Origin: Spirochaetales bacterium
GTDB lineage: Bacteria > Spirochaetota > Spirochaetia > JABEVK01
NCBI GenBank assembly: GCA_037142615.1
Contig: JBAXAI010000001.1
Location: forward strand, 140,432 to 204,431
Direction of reading: 5' to 3'
DNA: 64,000 bases
A program made the translations under genes and the position numbers. Every line of letters begins with the position of its first letter. Position 1 is the stretch's first letter. Below, piece by piece: positions 20,650-33,181 of the stretch. Below the pieces are notes generated by a model. The model did no database searches. It saw only the letters and a program-made list of their open reading frames with translations, and was not told the origin of the DNA.

Positions 20650-21693
20650 ATGAACGGTTTCCGCTGGTCCTCGTTAGCAATGCTCCTCGCCTTGGGCGGC
20701 TTCGGTTACTCGCAAGTTCCCTCGGAGCCAGCTAGCCTGCCTTCCTGGGTGTTGCTGGGTTTGGGTAAACGGTCAGCCGAGCAACACCAGTACGGTGACG
20801 CCGTGGTTTCGCTCCGGAAGGCTGTCGACCGGCGCGGACTGTACCCCGAGGCCGAGATCCAGCTGGCCACGATTGCGGGCCTCAACGGCAATCCGGCGCT
20901 GCAGGAATCTCTGCTCGAAAAGGCGTTGGCCGAATCCGGCCTGCTTCAGGTTCCGGAAGACCGGTATACGATTCTATACGCTTTGGCCGACTTGCGACTC
21001 AAAACCGAAATCCCCGGCGGCATTCTCAAGGGGGAAAAAGCCCTCGAAACCTGGCGAGAAATTCTGCGCGACGACACTGTGTACCAAGCCGCTCAGGAAT
21101 CCGGCGGACTCGAAGGCTATTATCGAGCCCTGCTCGTGCCCAACAGTCCCATTGTCCTCAAGACCTCGACCGGTCCCGGCCTGAACGAGAGCTTTGTCGG
21201 GCTCAACCGTGTGCTCTACCTGTATAGGCATCCTTTGTCCTTCTCGTTGGTGGCCCATGAAAAGATCGCCGCGCTTTCGCTGGAAAACCGGGCCTACAAG
21301 GCGGCGGCGGCGCAGGCCTTGTTCGCGTTGACGGCCATTTTCAGCACCGTACTCGACGAAGTTCGGGTTTTTCAGCCCGACTACGTGTTCCGCGATCTGA
21401 AAGAACTGTTTGTCGATTCCACCTCGCCTGTTTTTCTGGGGAGGTCCACGTTGGCAGACACTTCGACCCCAGGCGGTCCCAACCCCGGCTGGTTGGTCCG
21501 CTATCAGCCGATCTGGGACTACCTACGCGACTCGGGAACCAAGCAGACCCTCGACACCTTGGCCAAGGCCCTGGACGGGTTGGCGGCCCAGGAAAAAACC
21601 GGCGACCGGGACAAGACTCTGAGGCCCGCGGCCGAAGTGGCGGCCGAAATCCGGCAGTGGCAGAAAATCCTCTTTTCCCCGGGAGCTCGCTAG
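20650..21693 (+). CDS. Hypothetical secreted protein
   Basis: The signal peptide from ATG 20650 is [22 protein letters not shown]. No catalytic motif was recognised. Confidence 0.4.
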   Translation: MNGFRWSSLAMLLALGGFGYSQVPSEPASLPSWVLLGLGKRSAEQHQYGDAVVSLRKAVDRRGLYPEAEIQLATIAGLNGNPALQESLLEKALAESGLLQVPEDRYTILYALADLRLKTEIPGGILKGEKALETWREILRDDTVYQAAQESGGLEGYYRALLVPNSPIVLKTSTGPGLNESFVGLNRVLYLYRHPLSFSLVAHEKIAALSLENRAYKAAAAQALFALTAIFSTVLDEVRVFQPDYVFRDLKELFVDSTSPVFLGRSTLADTSTPGGPNPGWLVRYQPIWDYLRDSGTKQTLDTLAKALDGLAAQEKTGDRDKTLRPAAEVAAEIRQWQKILFSPGAR

Positions 21694-21696
21694 GCC

Positions 21697-24531
21697 ATGG
21701 ACAAACTGATCATCAAGGGTGCGCGCGAGCACAATCTCAAGAACATCGACTTGGAACTTCCGCGCGACAAGCTCATTGTCATCTCGGGAAAGAGCGGTTC
21801 CGGCAAGTCCTCGCTGGCATTCGACACGATTTTTGCCGAAGGGCAGCGTCGGTACGTCGAGAGCCTTTCGGCCTACGCGCGCCAGTTCTTGGGACGTCTC
21901 GACAAGCCCGACGTCGATTATATCGAAGGCCTTTCGCCGGCAATTTCGATCGAGCAGAAGACGACCCACAGAAACCCCCGGTCCACGGTGGGAACCGTCA
22001 CCGAAATTTACGACTACTACCGCCTGTTCTACGCCCGCATCGGAAAACCCCAATGTCCGGAATGCGGTCGCCCCATCGAGAAGAAGACCGTCGACCAGAT
22101 CATCGACGCGGTGGCTTCGCTGGGCGAGGGCGCAAAGCTTACGCTGCTTTCGCCGGTGATCCGGGGCAAGAAAGGCGAGCACCTCAAGGTGTTGGAAGAC
22201 GCCAAGCGACTGGGTTATCAGCGGGCCAGGGTCGATGGCGAACTTCGCACCCTCGAAGAAGAGATTCTCCTCGACAAGAAAAAAAAGCACACCGTCGAAG
22301 TCGTCGTCGATCGTCTGGTTTATTCCCCTGAGCAACGCGGACGCCTGGCCGAGGCCGTCGAGGCGGCCCTTTCGATGTCGGAGGGCCAGGTTCTGGTGCT
22401 CGAAAAGACCGAAACCGCCGAAAACGAGCATTTCTACTCCGAAAAAGGCAGTTGCCCGGTCCACACCGAGGTCGGTTTTCCCGATCTGGAACCCCGGTTG
22501 TTCAGTTTCAACAACCCCTTCGGCGCCTGCCCGGCGTGCAGCGGTCTCGGCGTGACGATGGAGTTTTCTCCCGAGCTGATCATGCCCGACAAGAGGCTGT
22601 CGTTCAACGAAGGAGGAATCGTACCGTACAACCCCGAGGCCAACTGGCACCGTTCCTGGTTCGAGGCTCTGTCGCGCAACTTGAACTTCAGTCTCGATAC
22701 ACCGCTGGAAGATCTTCCCCCATCGGTGCTCGACTCGATGATTCATGGTACCGACAAAGCGATTGACGTGGTGTACCAAAACACCTCGGGAACGGGAAAG
22801 TTCGAGTATACAAGCCAGTTCAAGGGAATCCTCAAGGATCTTCGCCGGCGCTACCACGAGACGACCAGCGAGGGCATCAAGAGCTGGCTCGAAAAGTTCC
22901 AGGTGCAGAAACCCTGTGAAGAGTGCCAGGGGCGCCGTCTGAAAAAAGAGGCCCTTTCGGTGTACGTGGGCGGTACCAACATCCACGACCTGAGCCAGAT
23001 GACCGTTGCAGACACGATTTCGTTCTTGAAGGGGCTCAAGCTGAACGTCAATGAAACCAAGATCGTTGACCAGGTGTTCAAGGAGATCCAAGCCCGTTTA
23101 GGTTTCCTCGCCAGTGTCGGCTTGGACTATCTCAGCCTCGAGCGCAAGGCCGGCACCCTTTCCGGAGGCGAAGCGCAGCGCATCCGGCTCGCCACCCAAA
23201 TCGGGAGCCAGTTGGTCGGCGTGCTCTACATTCTTGACGAACCGACGATCGGCCTTCACCAGCGCGACAACGAACGTCTGATCGACACCCTCAAGCACCT
23301 GCGTGATATCGGCAACACTCTGATCGTGGTTGAGCACGACGAGCAGACCATCCGCACAGCCGACTACGTCGTCGACCTGGGGCCGGGGAGCGGAATCCAC
23401 GGCGGTTACATCATTGCCCAGGGTACGGTGGCTGAAATCCTTGCTAACCCTAACTCCATCACAGGTCAGTATTTGACTGGGGCAATCCAGATTGAAGACC
23501 GTGATGAGCGGCGCTCTGGAACCGGTCAGTGGCTCGAGCTTGAGGGTGCCACCGAGCACAACCTCAAAGGCATCAACGTCAAGTTTCCGGTAGGAACACT
23601 CAGCGTGATCACGGGGGTTTCGGGGTCGGGTAAGTCCACCCTGATGAGCGATATCCTGTACCCTGCGCTGGTCAACAACCTGACCCGCGAGTCGCCGATC
23701 CCGGTCGGTGCCCACACCAAGCTCAAGGGCATCATGAACTTCGACAAGGTCATTTCGATCGACCAGAGCGCTATCGGTCGCACCCCGCGGTCTAACCCGG
23801 CCACCTACATCGGTGTGTTCGGCGCCATCCGTGACCTCTACGCCACCCTGCCTGAATCCAAGGCGCGCGGGTACAAACCGGGCCGCTTCAGTTTCAACGT
23901 CAAGGGTGGCCGCTGCGAAAACTGCGAGGGCGACGGCTCGATACAAATCGAAATGCACTTCTTGCCCGACGTTTACGTAACCTGCGACGTCTGCCATGGA
24001 AAACGCTTCAACCGCGAGACTCTGGAGGTTCGCTACAAAGGCAGGAACATCCACGAAGTGCTCGAAATGCCTGTCGACGAGGCGGCCGACTTTTTTACCG
24101 GGATCACGCCGATCGCCCATAAACTCCGGACCCTGCAGTCCGTCGGCCTCGGTTACATCAAGCTCGGCCAGTCGGCGCTGACGCTGTCCGGAGGCGAGGC
24201 CCAGCGGGTCAAGCTTTCGCTCGAGCTTTCCAAGCGGAGCACGGGCAAAACGGTGTACGTGATCGACGAGCCGACCACCGGTCTGCACTTCGCCGACGTC
24301 AAGCAGCTCATCGAAGTGCTCCAGAGATTGGTTGACCTTGGCAACACCGTCATCCTCATTGAGCACAACCTCGACGTGATCAAACAGTCGGACTGGATCG
24401 TGGATCTGGGCCCCGAGGGCGGCGCTCGCGGCGGCCAGGTGATGGTGATGGGCACCCCGGAAGACGTAGCCGCGCACCAAAGCTCGCACACCGGGCGCTT
24501 CCTGAGGGAACTGCTCAAGACTCGGTCCTGA
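21697..24531 (+). CDS. uvrA: Excinuclease ABC subunit A
   Basis: There are two ABC ATPase modules ([12 protein letters not shown]; [10 protein letters not shown]; LSGGEAQR x2) and Zn-finger CxxC pairs. The length is 944 aa. Confidence 0.95.
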   Translation: MDKLIIKGAREHNLKNIDLELPRDKLIVISGKSGSGKSSLAFDTIFAEGQRRYVESLSAYARQFLGRLDKPDVDYIEGLSPAISIEQKTTHRNPRSTVGTVTEIYDYYRLFYARIGKPQCPECGRPIEKKTVDQIIDAVASLGEGAKLTLLSPVIRGKKGEHLKVLEDAKRLGYQRARVDGELRTLEEEILLDKKKKHTVEVVVDRLVYSPEQRGRLAEAVEAALSMSEGQVLVLEKTETAENEHFYSEKGSCPVHTEVGFPDLEPRLFSFNNPFGACPACSGLGVTMEFSPELIMPDKRLSFNEGGIVPYNPEANWHRSWFEALSRNLNFSLDTPLEDLPPSVLDSMIHGTDKAIDVVYQNTSGTGKFEYTSQFKGILKDLRRRYHETTSEGIKSWLEKFQVQKPCEECQGRRLKKEALSVYVGGTNIHDLSQMTVADTISFLKGLKLNVNETKIVDQVFKEIQARLGFLASVGLDYLSLERKAGTLSGGEAQRIRLATQIGSQLVGVLYILDEPTIGLHQRDNERLIDTLKHLRDIGNTLIVVEHDEQTIRTADYVVDLGPGSGIHGGYIIAQGTVAEILANPNSITGQYLTGAIQIEDRDERRSGTGQWLELEGATEHNLKGINVKFPVGTLSVITGVSGSGKSTLMSDILYPALVNNLTRESPIPVGAHTKLKGIMNFDKVISIDQSAIGRTPRSNPATYIGVFGAIRDLYATLPESKARGYKPGRFSFNVKGGRCENCEGDGSIQIEMHFLPDVYVTCDVCHGKRFNRETLEVRYKGRNIHEVLEMPVDEAADFFTGITPIAHKLRTLQSVGLGYIKLGQSALTLSGGEAQRVKLSLELSKRSTGKTVYVIDEPTTGLHFADVKQLIEVLQRLVDLGNTVILIEHNLDVIKQSDWIVDLGPEGGARGGQVMVMGTPEDVAAHQSSHTGRFLRELLKTRS

Positions 24532-24538
24532 GCGCACC

Positions 24539-27500
24539 GTGGCCAAGCGACCGCTTCTGCTGGCGTGTCTTCTTCTCATCTTCGGGGTGCCTCTGTCGGG
24601 GCAGGCTGACGACCCTGGCGGCGAAGATCCCCAGGTGCTGGAACTCCGGACGTCGGGCTATTATGAATTGGTCGCGCGGGCTCGAGCCTTGGGCCTGCCC
24701 GAAACCGGCGGGGTGAGCGAGCTGCGGCAAAGCATCGCGACCAAACTTGGCTTGGTCCTCCCTTCTGTCGAAAAGAACGCGGGCAAAACCCTCACCATCG
24801 ACTCGGCCCAGGAGGCGGGCGTGATGAACGTCGATGTGACCGGGGGTGGCAAGCTCATTCACCTCAGCGGAGATCTCCAGGTGACTCTGGAAGACCTCGA
24901 CAAGAAGGTGACCCACATCATCGAGGCCGACGAGCTGTGGTATGACCAGGATTCTGGAGAGATGACCGCCCGCGGCAACGTCAAATACACCATGATCCGC
25001 GAGAGCTCGCGGGAAACCTTTCGAGGTGAGAGCCTGACCTTTCGCCTGTCCGATGCCCAGGGAGTCTTCTATGGCGGGAGTTCCGACCGTTCCCGCAGCG
25101 TGGCCGACCAGAATCTGGTCTTTCGTTACCAGGGTGACGCCATTCGGCGCTCCGCCGGTGATGTGGTTGTTCTCGACTCGGGAACGATCACTTCGAGCCT
25201 TGGCGAGGACCCGTACTACCACGTTCAGGCCCGCAAGATCTGGGTACTCCGTCCCGGCGAGTGGGGCCTTCAAGACGCGGTGCTGTACCTCGGGCACATC
25301 CCTGTCTTCTGGTTTCCGTTCTATTTCCAGCCCAGCGACGAAATGGTGTTCAACCCGGTTTTGACGTTTTCGGACGCAACCGGTCGCCGCGGAACTTCAC
25401 TGCAGACAACGACCTATGTCTTTGGGCAAAAGAAGAAGGACGCGGCGCCGCTGAGCTTCCTCCAGGTCGACGACTCTTCCACCGTCGATAAGGGGAAAGT
25501 CCTGCGCGGCTTGTACTTGACCCGAGGCAAGCCTGCCGCGACCACCGTTCCCTCTTCCTGGTCGCTCAAAGTGTTGGCAGACTTCTACTCCCGGCTCGGC
25601 ATGCTGGTCGGGGTCGATGCCAATCTTCCCGGTTTGGGGTCGCTAAAGACTTTCCAAGTCACCATGGGAATGGGAATTACCAGGAACGTCACCTCCGACG
25701 GAGCCACTTATTCGGCGAGCCCTTTTGATTCGCTTTTAGCTCCTGGCGAGCAGTCGCACTGGAACAGCAGCGCCGTTCTCGGCGTGACGGTGCCGTTTCG
25801 GTGGGGAGGGACGCTGGAACTTTCAGACTCCTGGTGGAACCTCAGCGGACAGTTCGACTCCGACCCCGTTTTCTGGGGTGACCTGACTTCGGGTCGTTCA
25901 GAAAACTTCAGCATGCTCGCCCTGCTGGGTCTTGGGCCGGCGACAAAGACGGCGGCCCGGTCCAACCTGGGGAGTTTGGTCTGGAAGATGAGTGCTACAC
26001 TTCCGTCAACCCTTCCGGGACTGCAAGCGAGTGCCCAAGGAACTTGGAACTGGGATGTAAAGAAATCCGTCCCCGCAAAACTCGCCGAAGATCCTCAGTC
26101 GTCGTTCTTTGTGCCGGGCCAGCTCTTTCTCCCCAGCCTGAGCCTTCAGTGGGGCGGTGACCTGCTCAAGGTGGAGGCGACCAAGGTTTCCCTCGCAGAA
26201 AGCCAACTTCCCGACCTGCTTCCCCTCAGTCCAAGCCCGCAGTCCCCCGAAAGCGTGGCTGAGGCTGCGCCGCCGGGTGCGTCGAGTGACCTTCCCGAAC
26301 TGCTGAGCTCAGCGCTCCTTGCCTCGCTGACGGTTCCTGGGGCCCCCGCTACTTGGACCCAGTCGCTCACCTGGAACGTCAACCCGCTGTTCCGTCTCGA
26401 CACGCGCTTTGACAACAGTCGGGTTCTGCAAGCCCAGGATTCCAACAGCGAGATTCAGAGTTCCCGCTGGACTGGCTCTTGGGACGGGCGAATGGCCTAC
26501 AACGGGAGCTTGAGCAACTCAGGTTTCACCGTGGGCAGTACGGTCTCCCTGCATCAGCAGATGCAGCAGGCCTGGTATCTTTCGCCTTCGACGGCACCGG
26601 CCCAAAAGACGGCTTCCGACCTCCAAGATTCCCAGCAGACCAACAGTCTGGCTCAAGCGACGATCACGGCGGCCTGGAAGCCCCTGGGCGGGTTACACGC
26701 CTGGCAAGACTCTTCGTTGGGCTACACACTGGGCACGCGTCTGTGGGAAAACAAGGATGGAAAGGACTCGTTCTTCGACCTTTCTACGGCGTCTATCCTC
26801 GCGAATCAGTTTACCGCCCAGGCCAACTGGCAGGCCCTCGACACCCTCAAGTTGGGTTTTAGCTGGCGCAACGTTCTTCCTCCGCAGACCACCAACTTGT
26901 CGGGAGGGGCTTCACTTGACTACCAGATTCCTCTGGGGCACCTGACAACGAGGACCCAATGGAAAAATACCGGGGCCGACTGGAAGTCCGATCCTTGGGA
27001 ATCGAGTCTTGAGGTGACACCGCTTGAGGGCCTTACTTTCAAAGAGTCGTTCGTGTACGACCTGGTGAAGTACCAACCGCAGAGTTCAACAACTCAGGTG
27101 ACTTGGGCCGGACTGGCGCTTCAATATCGGCAACTGCAGACCCTCGGGTACCACTTTGACCCCGTCACCCGACGCTGGGTCGCTACAGGAGTCACCGATT
27201 TTCTGCCCCAGGAACTCAACACGACCTACAGCCTCACCGTGCCTCTGCAGCAGAGCTGGGAAAACCGCCAGTCGGTTTCGGGCAACTTCAGCTTTTCGTG
27301 GCCGATCAACCTTCAGCAGATTTCTCAGATGCCGGTGAGTTTCAACTATGGCCTGCAGTACAAACTCTACCGGTTTGTCGATTTGCAGATCAGCCAGAGC
27401 GTTGTCAACCGAACCGTGTTCCTCTACTTCCCTTGGCTCATCGACTCGTTGGGGGTGAGCAACATCCAGTCGGTTAACTTCCTCACCGACGTCTGGGACT

Positions 27501-27763
27501 CCCTGTCGTTCTGGGACGACGTGGCCCGGCATCGGGCCGGGTTCAAGATGAGCTCGCTGAGTGTTTCGCTGGTCCACTACCTGGAAGACTGGCAGCTCAA
27601 GATCGCCTACTCCGGATCACCGCAGTTGGCCGGTACCAAGCCGCAGTTTCAATGGACAGGCACGCTGAGCGTGACCGCTCAGTGGCTCCCCGTCCCCGAG
27701 CTCAAGACTCAGCTTCAGTGGGACAAAGACGGAAAGCTCTCCATTCCCCGCAATTCGCCCTGA
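24539..27763 (+). CDS. LptD/OstA-like outer-membrane protein (N-terminal OstA-like beta-jellyroll plus large beta-barrel)
   Basis: After the signal peptide, the N-terminal segment (IEADELWYDQDSGEMTARGNVKYT...) resembles the OstA_N fold of LptD. The 900-aa C-terminal region has alternating amphipathic beta-strand character. Confidence 0.5.
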   Translation: MAKRPLLLACLLLIFGVPLSGQADDPGGEDPQVLELRTSGYYELVARARALGLPETGGVSELRQSIATKLGLVLPSVEKNAGKTLTIDSAQEAGVMNVDVTGGGKLIHLSGDLQVTLEDLDKKVTHIIEADELWYDQDSGEMTARGNVKYTMIRESSRETFRGESLTFRLSDAQGVFYGGSSDRSRSVADQNLVFRYQGDAIRRSAGDVVVLDSGTITSSLGEDPYYHVQARKIWVLRPGEWGLQDAVLYLGHIPVFWFPFYFQPSDEMVFNPVLTFSDATGRRGTSLQTTTYVFGQKKKDAAPLSFLQVDDSSTVDKGKVLRGLYLTRGKPAATTVPSSWSLKVLADFYSRLGMLVGVDANLPGLGSLKTFQVTMGMGITRNVTSDGATYSASPFDSLLAPGEQSHWNSSAVLGVTVPFRWGGTLELSDSWWNLSGQFDSDPVFWGDLTSGRSENFSMLALLGLGPATKTAARSNLGSLVWKMSATLPSTLPGLQASAQGTWNWDVKKSVPAKLAEDPQSSFFVPGQLFLPSLSLQWGGDLLKVEATKVSLAESQLPDLLPLSPSPQSPESVAEAAPPGASSDLPELLSSALLASLTVPGAPATWTQSLTWNVNPLFRLDTRFDNSRVLQAQDSNSEIQSSRWTGSWDGRMAYNGSLSNSGFTVGSTVSLHQQMQQAWYLSPSTAPAQKTASDLQDSQQTNSLAQATITAAWKPLGGLHAWQDSSLGYTLGTRLWENKDGKDSFFDLSTASILANQFTAQANWQALDTLKLGFSWRNVLPPQTTNLSGGASLDYQIPLGHLTTRTQWKNTGADWKSDPWESSLEVTPLEGLTFKESFVYDLVKYQPQSSTTQVTWAGLALQYRQLQTLGYHFDPVTRRWVATGVTDFLPQELNTTYSLTVPLQQSWENRQSVSGNFSFSWPINLQQISQMPVSFNYGLQYKLYRFVDLQISQSVVNRTVFLYFPWLIDSLGVSNIQSVNFLTDVWDSLSFWDDVARHRAGFKMSSLSVSLVHYLEDWQLKIAYSGSPQLAGTKPQFQWTGTLSVTAQWLPVPELKTQLQWDKDGKLSIPRNSP

Positions 27764-27873
27764 CACCAGTTCTTGACCGAGACCGGGGGTGCGACTAGAC
27801 TCTGGACTTCAAGGGGGATGGCCTGACCGCTACAACGAAGTTCGTCATCGACGACGAAGATTTTCTCGGGCAG

Positions 27874-28782
27874 TTGTGCACAGCGGGCAATCAGAACCTG
27901 CTGGAACTGGAAGTTGTGCTCGGTTCACCCGTTTTCTCACTTGGCAATGAAGTGCATTTACGTACCGAGGACGAACCCGTCAAAGAGCGCTTCGACCTCC
28001 TGCTGCGTACCCTCCAGAAGCATCACAACCTAGGGCATACCGTCAGCCCGGACCTGATCCAGTCGCTGTCAGAGACCCTCAGCGGCGACGACCCGACGAG
28101 GTTGCAGACCTTTCAAGACTCGGCCGTGCTGATCCCCGGCGGGTTGGTCAAGGTGTTTCCCCGGGGCTGGCACCAGGCCCGCTACATCGATGCGATCCGA
28201 CGCTCCGACGTCACGTTCGGCATCGGCCCCGCCGGCACTGGAAAAACTTACCTCGCCATTGCTCAGGCGCTCCTCGAGGTGCTCACGAAGAAGCGCCGCA
28301 AGCTCGTGCTGACCAGACCGGTGGTCGAAGCCGGTGAGAATCTCGGATTTCTTCCCGGTGACTTGTCCCAGAAAATCAGCCCGTACCTTCGGCCACTCTA
28401 CGACGCCATGGAAGACTTGGTTCCAGCCGAGATTCTCAATCGCCTGGAGGAGAACCGCGTCATCGAGATTGCCCCCCTGGCCTACATGCGTGGTCGCAGC
28501 CTCAAGAACTGCTTCGTCATCCTCGACGAGGCGCAAAACACGACGCGAACACAGATGAAGATGTTCCTCACCAGGCTCGGCGAGGGGGCCAAGGCCGTCA
28601 TCACCGGCGACCTGACGCAGGTCGATCTGCCCCGGGCTCAGGAATCCGGACTGTTGCACGCCCGCCGTATTCTGGAAGGCATGCCTGAGGTCCAATTTGT
28701 CGAGTTCGAAAAGAAGGACGTGGTCCGAAGCACCCTCGTCCGCCGCATCATCGAGGCCTACGAGACCCATGAAGGTTCCTGA
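27874..28782 (+). CDS. phoH: PhoH-like ATPase (YbeZ)
   Basis: The Walker A is GIGPAGTGKTYLA and the Walker B is ILDEAQNTT. The homologous N-terminus (KFVIDDEDFLGQLC) continues upstream of the track start, in an open frame from 27799 that has no ATG or GTG. Confidence 0.85.
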   Translation: MCTAGNQNLLELEVVLGSPVFSLGNEVHLRTEDEPVKERFDLLLRTLQKHHNLGHTVSPDLIQSLSETLSGDDPTRLQTFQDSAVLIPGGLVKVFPRGWHQARYIDAIRRSDVTFGIGPAGTGKTYLAIAQALLEVLTKKRRKLVLTRPVVEAGENLGFLPGDLSQKISPYLRPLYDAMEDLVPAEILNRLEENRVIEIAPLAYMRGRSLKNCFVILDEAQNTTRTQMKMFLTRLGEGAKAVITGDLTQVDLPRAQESGLLHARRILEGMPEVQFVEFEKKDVVRSTLVRRIIEAYETHEGS

Positions 28783-29245
28783 ACTCGAAGTGTTTCTCGA
28801 CGGTGTCGAAGCTCCCTGGATCGAGGCCTACCACCAGTTTCTTCTCCAGGCTCTGGAAGCCGTTGGAGCTCGCGACCACGAAGTTTCGGTGACACTTTGC
28901 ACCGACCCGGTCATCCGAGCGCTCAATCGTCAATGGCGGGGAAAAGACGAGGCCACCGACGTGCTCAGTTTCGAGGCCGATCCCGAAGTCGACCCGTTGG
29001 CATTGTCACCGGAGTCCCGGGCACCGCGGAGCCAAGGATGCTATGGCGACCTGGTGATCAGCATGGACACATTGCACGCCAACAGTGCATACTTCTCGGT
29101 GAATTGGGAAGAAGAGCTCAAGCGGGTCTCCGTGCATGGCTTTCTCCATCTCATGGGCTGGGACCATGCTTCCAACGAGGAGTCCGAGCCAATGTTGCGA
29201 CTTCAGGAGCGGCTCCTGCTCGATTTCAAGGAACGGAAATTTTGA
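28769..29245 (+). CDS. ybeY: Endoribonuclease YbeY
   Basis: The metal-binding motif is HGFLHLMGWDH. It overlaps the phoH stop. Confidence 0.85.
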   Translation: MKVPELEVFLDGVEAPWIEAYHQFLLQALEAVGARDHEVSVTLCTDPVIRALNRQWRGKDEATDVLSFEADPEVDPLALSPESRAPRSQGCYGDLVISMDTLHANSAYFSVNWEEELKRVSVHGFLHLMGWDHASNEESEPMLRLQERLLLDFKERKF

Positions 29246-30048
29246 AGAACAAGAACCTGTTCAGCCGGTTTTTCGGGTTGGGTCGCCGCGGGCCCGCCGA
29301 GCCTCAACTGGACGAGCTCAACAGCGAAGAAAAAGAGATGATCCAGGGGGTCGTCGAACTCGGCGATACCACGGTCAAGGAAGTTATCGTTCCCCGGATC
29401 GATGTGATTTTTCTCAACGAAGAAATTGCGTTCCCGGAAATGATGGAACGGATCACTGAGAGCGGTCATTCCCGGTTTCCCGTGTACCGCGACACCATCG
29501 ATAACGTGGTCGGCATCCTGTACGTCAAGGACCTTCTCCGTCATTTGGCCAAGAACGCGATGCAGATTCCTTCCACGATGCACTTGGGAACGCTCGTGCG
29601 CAAACCCTACTTTGTGCCCGAGAGCAAGAAGCTCGACAGTCTTCTCAAAGAGTTCAAGCGCCGCCGTGTGCACATCGCCGTCGCTGTTGATGAATATGGT
29701 GGTGTGTCGGGTATCGTGTGCATGGAAGACATCATCGAAGAGATCGTCGGTGACATCCAGGACGAGTTTGACACCTCGGTAGAAGACATTCTGGAAATCG
29801 GCGACAAGACCTACCTCTGCGACGCGCGGGTTTCCATCCTCGACCTCAACGAGGTGCTCGGAACCAGCCTGCCCAACGACGACTTTGATACCCTTGGCGG
29901 CTTTGTGTTCGATCTTTTCGGCAAGATCCCGGTCCGGTACGAGAAAGTGAGTTTCCAAGGGGCCGATTTTATTGTTCAGAACATGGACGGCTACAAGATC
30001 CGGACGGTGAAGATCCAGTTCAGTTCCTCACCGGAGGCCCACGAATGA
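29242..30048 (+). CDS. corC: HlyC/CorC-family protein (CBS pair plus CorC_HlyC domain)
   Basis: The TTG start overlaps the ybeY stop. The N-terminal EMIQGVVELGDTTVKEVIVPRIDV is typical of CorC/YbeX. The phoH-ybeY-corC gene order is the conserved one. Confidence 0.8.
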   Translation: MKNKNLFSRFFGLGRRGPAEPQLDELNSEEKEMIQGVVELGDTTVKEVIVPRIDVIFLNEEIAFPEMMERITESGHSRFPVYRDTIDNVVGILYVKDLLRHLAKNAMQIPSTMHLGTLVRKPYFVPESKKLDSLLKEFKRRRVHIAVAVDEYGGVSGIVCMEDIIEEIVGDIQDEFDTSVEDILEIGDKTYLCDARVSILDLNEVLGTSLPNDDFDTLGGFVFDLFGKIPVRYEKVSFQGADFIVQNMDGYKIRTVKIQFSSSPEAHE

Positions 30049-32081
30049 TACGCCCCGTTTGGGCTCTGTTGCTGTTGCTGACGGGTGCCGTTCTGGGCGC
30101 GCAAACCGCGCTCGAGTCGTATACCAAGGGTCAGCAGTCCTTCCAGCGCGACGACTACTGGGGTGCCGTCGACCAGTACCGGCAAGCGCTCAAGGTGAAT
30201 CCACGCTATCTCGATGCTTTTCAAGGACTTGCAGAAAGCTTCTTTGCTCTCGGCGAATACGATGAGGCCGGATTGCAGATTCAGGAGGCCCTCAAGCTGG
30301 GTAAGCTCAGCGCCAGCGTCAACAACCTCCAGGGGCGCATCCTGCTCGGACAAATGAAACTCGAAGAGGCCCTGGCGGTCTTTCAGGGCGTCCTGACCCG
30401 GGAGCCCAAAAACCAGGGGGCACAGTTCGGTCTGGCAGAATATCAGGTGATGAAAGGCCGTCTGGAACTGGCAACGAGTCAGTTCGAGGTCTTGCGCCGT
30501 GGAGATCCTGCGAGTCTGAGGGCTCTTTTGTCGCTGATGTATGTTGCCTCGGCCCGTGGCGACCGAACGACCTTCGACCGGGTTTCCTCTGACGCGTTGC
30601 GCCAGTATTCCTCGGATCCGAGGGTGCATTTCGCGATAGCCACCGAGGCCTGGAAGCGTAAGGACAGGGCCGGTGCACGGGTGGCCCTCGACCGCTTTCT
30701 GCTCCTTTCCGGTAAAGATGACTTGCGCGGCTGGCTTTTCCAGACCGAGTTGCTGCTGGACGAAGGCAGGGACCAAGACGCGCTGTCGACACTCGACGAG
30801 AATGTCATCAAGGGGCCCGCTGTCATGCGGGCTGCCAAAGACCCACGCGTTTGGTACCTCCGCGCCGTGGCGCTGACGCGCTTGGGGCAGAACACCGAAG
30901 CCTCGAACTCCTACCGGATGGCGATCAGCTTCGAGCCCGACAACGAGACGTGGAACCTGGGCTACGAGGCCTGGTTGTTGCGCCAGACGTTGCCCGAGGA
31001 TCCCTTGCGGGCGGCCCCTGCTCAACGGCACTTCGACCGTGCCCTGGAATTGACGAAAAAAAACTCACTGTCTCTGGCGCTCGACGAGTGGCGCCGGGGC
31101 CTGGCCCTCAATCCGTTGTCCATCCCCGGGCGTCTGGGGCGGGCCGACATCTGGAAACGCCAAGGCTACAGGACTTCATCCCTCGAAGAACTCGAGGCAA
31201 TCAACGCCTTGCAGCCCACCTTCAAGGATGTCGCCTACCTCGATGACCTGGAGATCCAGCGCAGCCAGTATTCCGACTCGCTGGCCGCCGGGTGGGGCTT
31301 TACCCTCAAAGATCTCGACGGCCTCAACAGTGTCGGCACCAGTCGCTTTTTCCGCCCCTTTGAGGTCGGCCTCTTTCAAAGTGCTGACGCCTCTTCCACT
31401 CAGGAGTATCAGGCTGGCGTAGCCTTCGCCGAGGTCTTTTCCGACGAATGGGAAGCCAGTCGGCAGTTGCACCTCAATCGTGCCTCGGACTCGAACAAGG
31501 CTTGGTCCGTGCAAGGTTTCAACGAGGCGTTTCTTCTGGCTCGAAAGGCCGGGCTGGAGTACTTTGCGCTTCTGGAAGTCCATCAAGGGCCCCGCGATTT
31601 TCAAGCTGACCTCAAGCTCTATCTGGGCCGCACCGGGAGGCTCATCCAAACTTTTTCGGTGTACAAAAAGGGCCTTCAACCGGTGACTCTCGGGTTGCGT
31701 GAACTTGCGGCCACGAGCGCGCAAGCCTTTCCCCTCAGGGGGAGCGTGCTCAAGCGTCAAAACAACGACTTTCTGGTCAATCTCGGCAGGAGGGACGGTG
31801 TCGCGGCGAACCAGAAGTTCTCGATCATCCGTTCTGGCACCTCGGTGCTTACCGGCGACAAGTCGTGGTACAGTTGGAACCCCAGCGATCTCTTCGGCAC
31901 TTGGACCGTCGCCAGTGTCGACGATTGGACCTCGGCCGGCAAGATGGAAAAGTCCGGCTTTTTCGACACGGTTGCCGTCGGGGACGAAGTCCTCTTCGTC
32001 AAAGATGTACCGCCGACGCTGGCTTATATACCGCTTCCTGTAACTGCTGTGCTTCAGCGGGATTTATTGAGCCTTCGGTAA
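30045..32081 (+). CDS. Secreted TPR-repeat protein
   Basis: A signal peptide is followed by multiple TPR-like helices (YWGAVDQYRQALKVNPRYLDAFQGLAESFFALGEYDEA...). Confidence 0.6.
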   Translation: MIRPVWALLLLLTGAVLGAQTALESYTKGQQSFQRDDYWGAVDQYRQALKVNPRYLDAFQGLAESFFALGEYDEAGLQIQEALKLGKLSASVNNLQGRILLGQMKLEEALAVFQGVLTREPKNQGAQFGLAEYQVMKGRLELATSQFEVLRRGDPASLRALLSLMYVASARGDRTTFDRVSSDALRQYSSDPRVHFAIATEAWKRKDRAGARVALDRFLLLSGKDDLRGWLFQTELLLDEGRDQDALSTLDENVIKGPAVMRAAKDPRVWYLRAVALTRLGQNTEASNSYRMAISFEPDNETWNLGYEAWLLRQTLPEDPLRAAPAQRHFDRALELTKKNSLSLALDEWRRGLALNPLSIPGRLGRADIWKRQGYRTSSLEELEAINALQPTFKDVAYLDDLEIQRSQYSDSLAAGWGFTLKDLDGLNSVGTSRFFRPFEVGLFQSADASSTQEYQAGVAFAEVFSDEWEASRQLHLNRASDSNKAWSVQGFNEAFLLARKAGLEYFALLEVHQGPRDFQADLKLYLGRTGRLIQTFSVYKKGLQPVTLGLRELAATSAQAFPLRGSVLKRQNNDFLVNLGRRDGVAANQKFSIIRSGTSVLTGDKSWYSWNPSDLFGTWTVASVDDWTSAGKMEKSGFFDTVAVGDEVLFVKDVPPTLAYIPLPVTAVLQRDLLSLR

Positions 32082-32087
32082 CAATAA

Positions 32088-33164
<1,077 letters not shown>

Positions 33165-33181
33165 ATCGATCTGACACAACG

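Noticed and set aside
21523-24579. Two long minus-strand ORFs (522 and 493 aa)
   Set aside because: Both lie entirely antisense within uvrA. The uvrA ABC signatures are unambiguous on the + strand.
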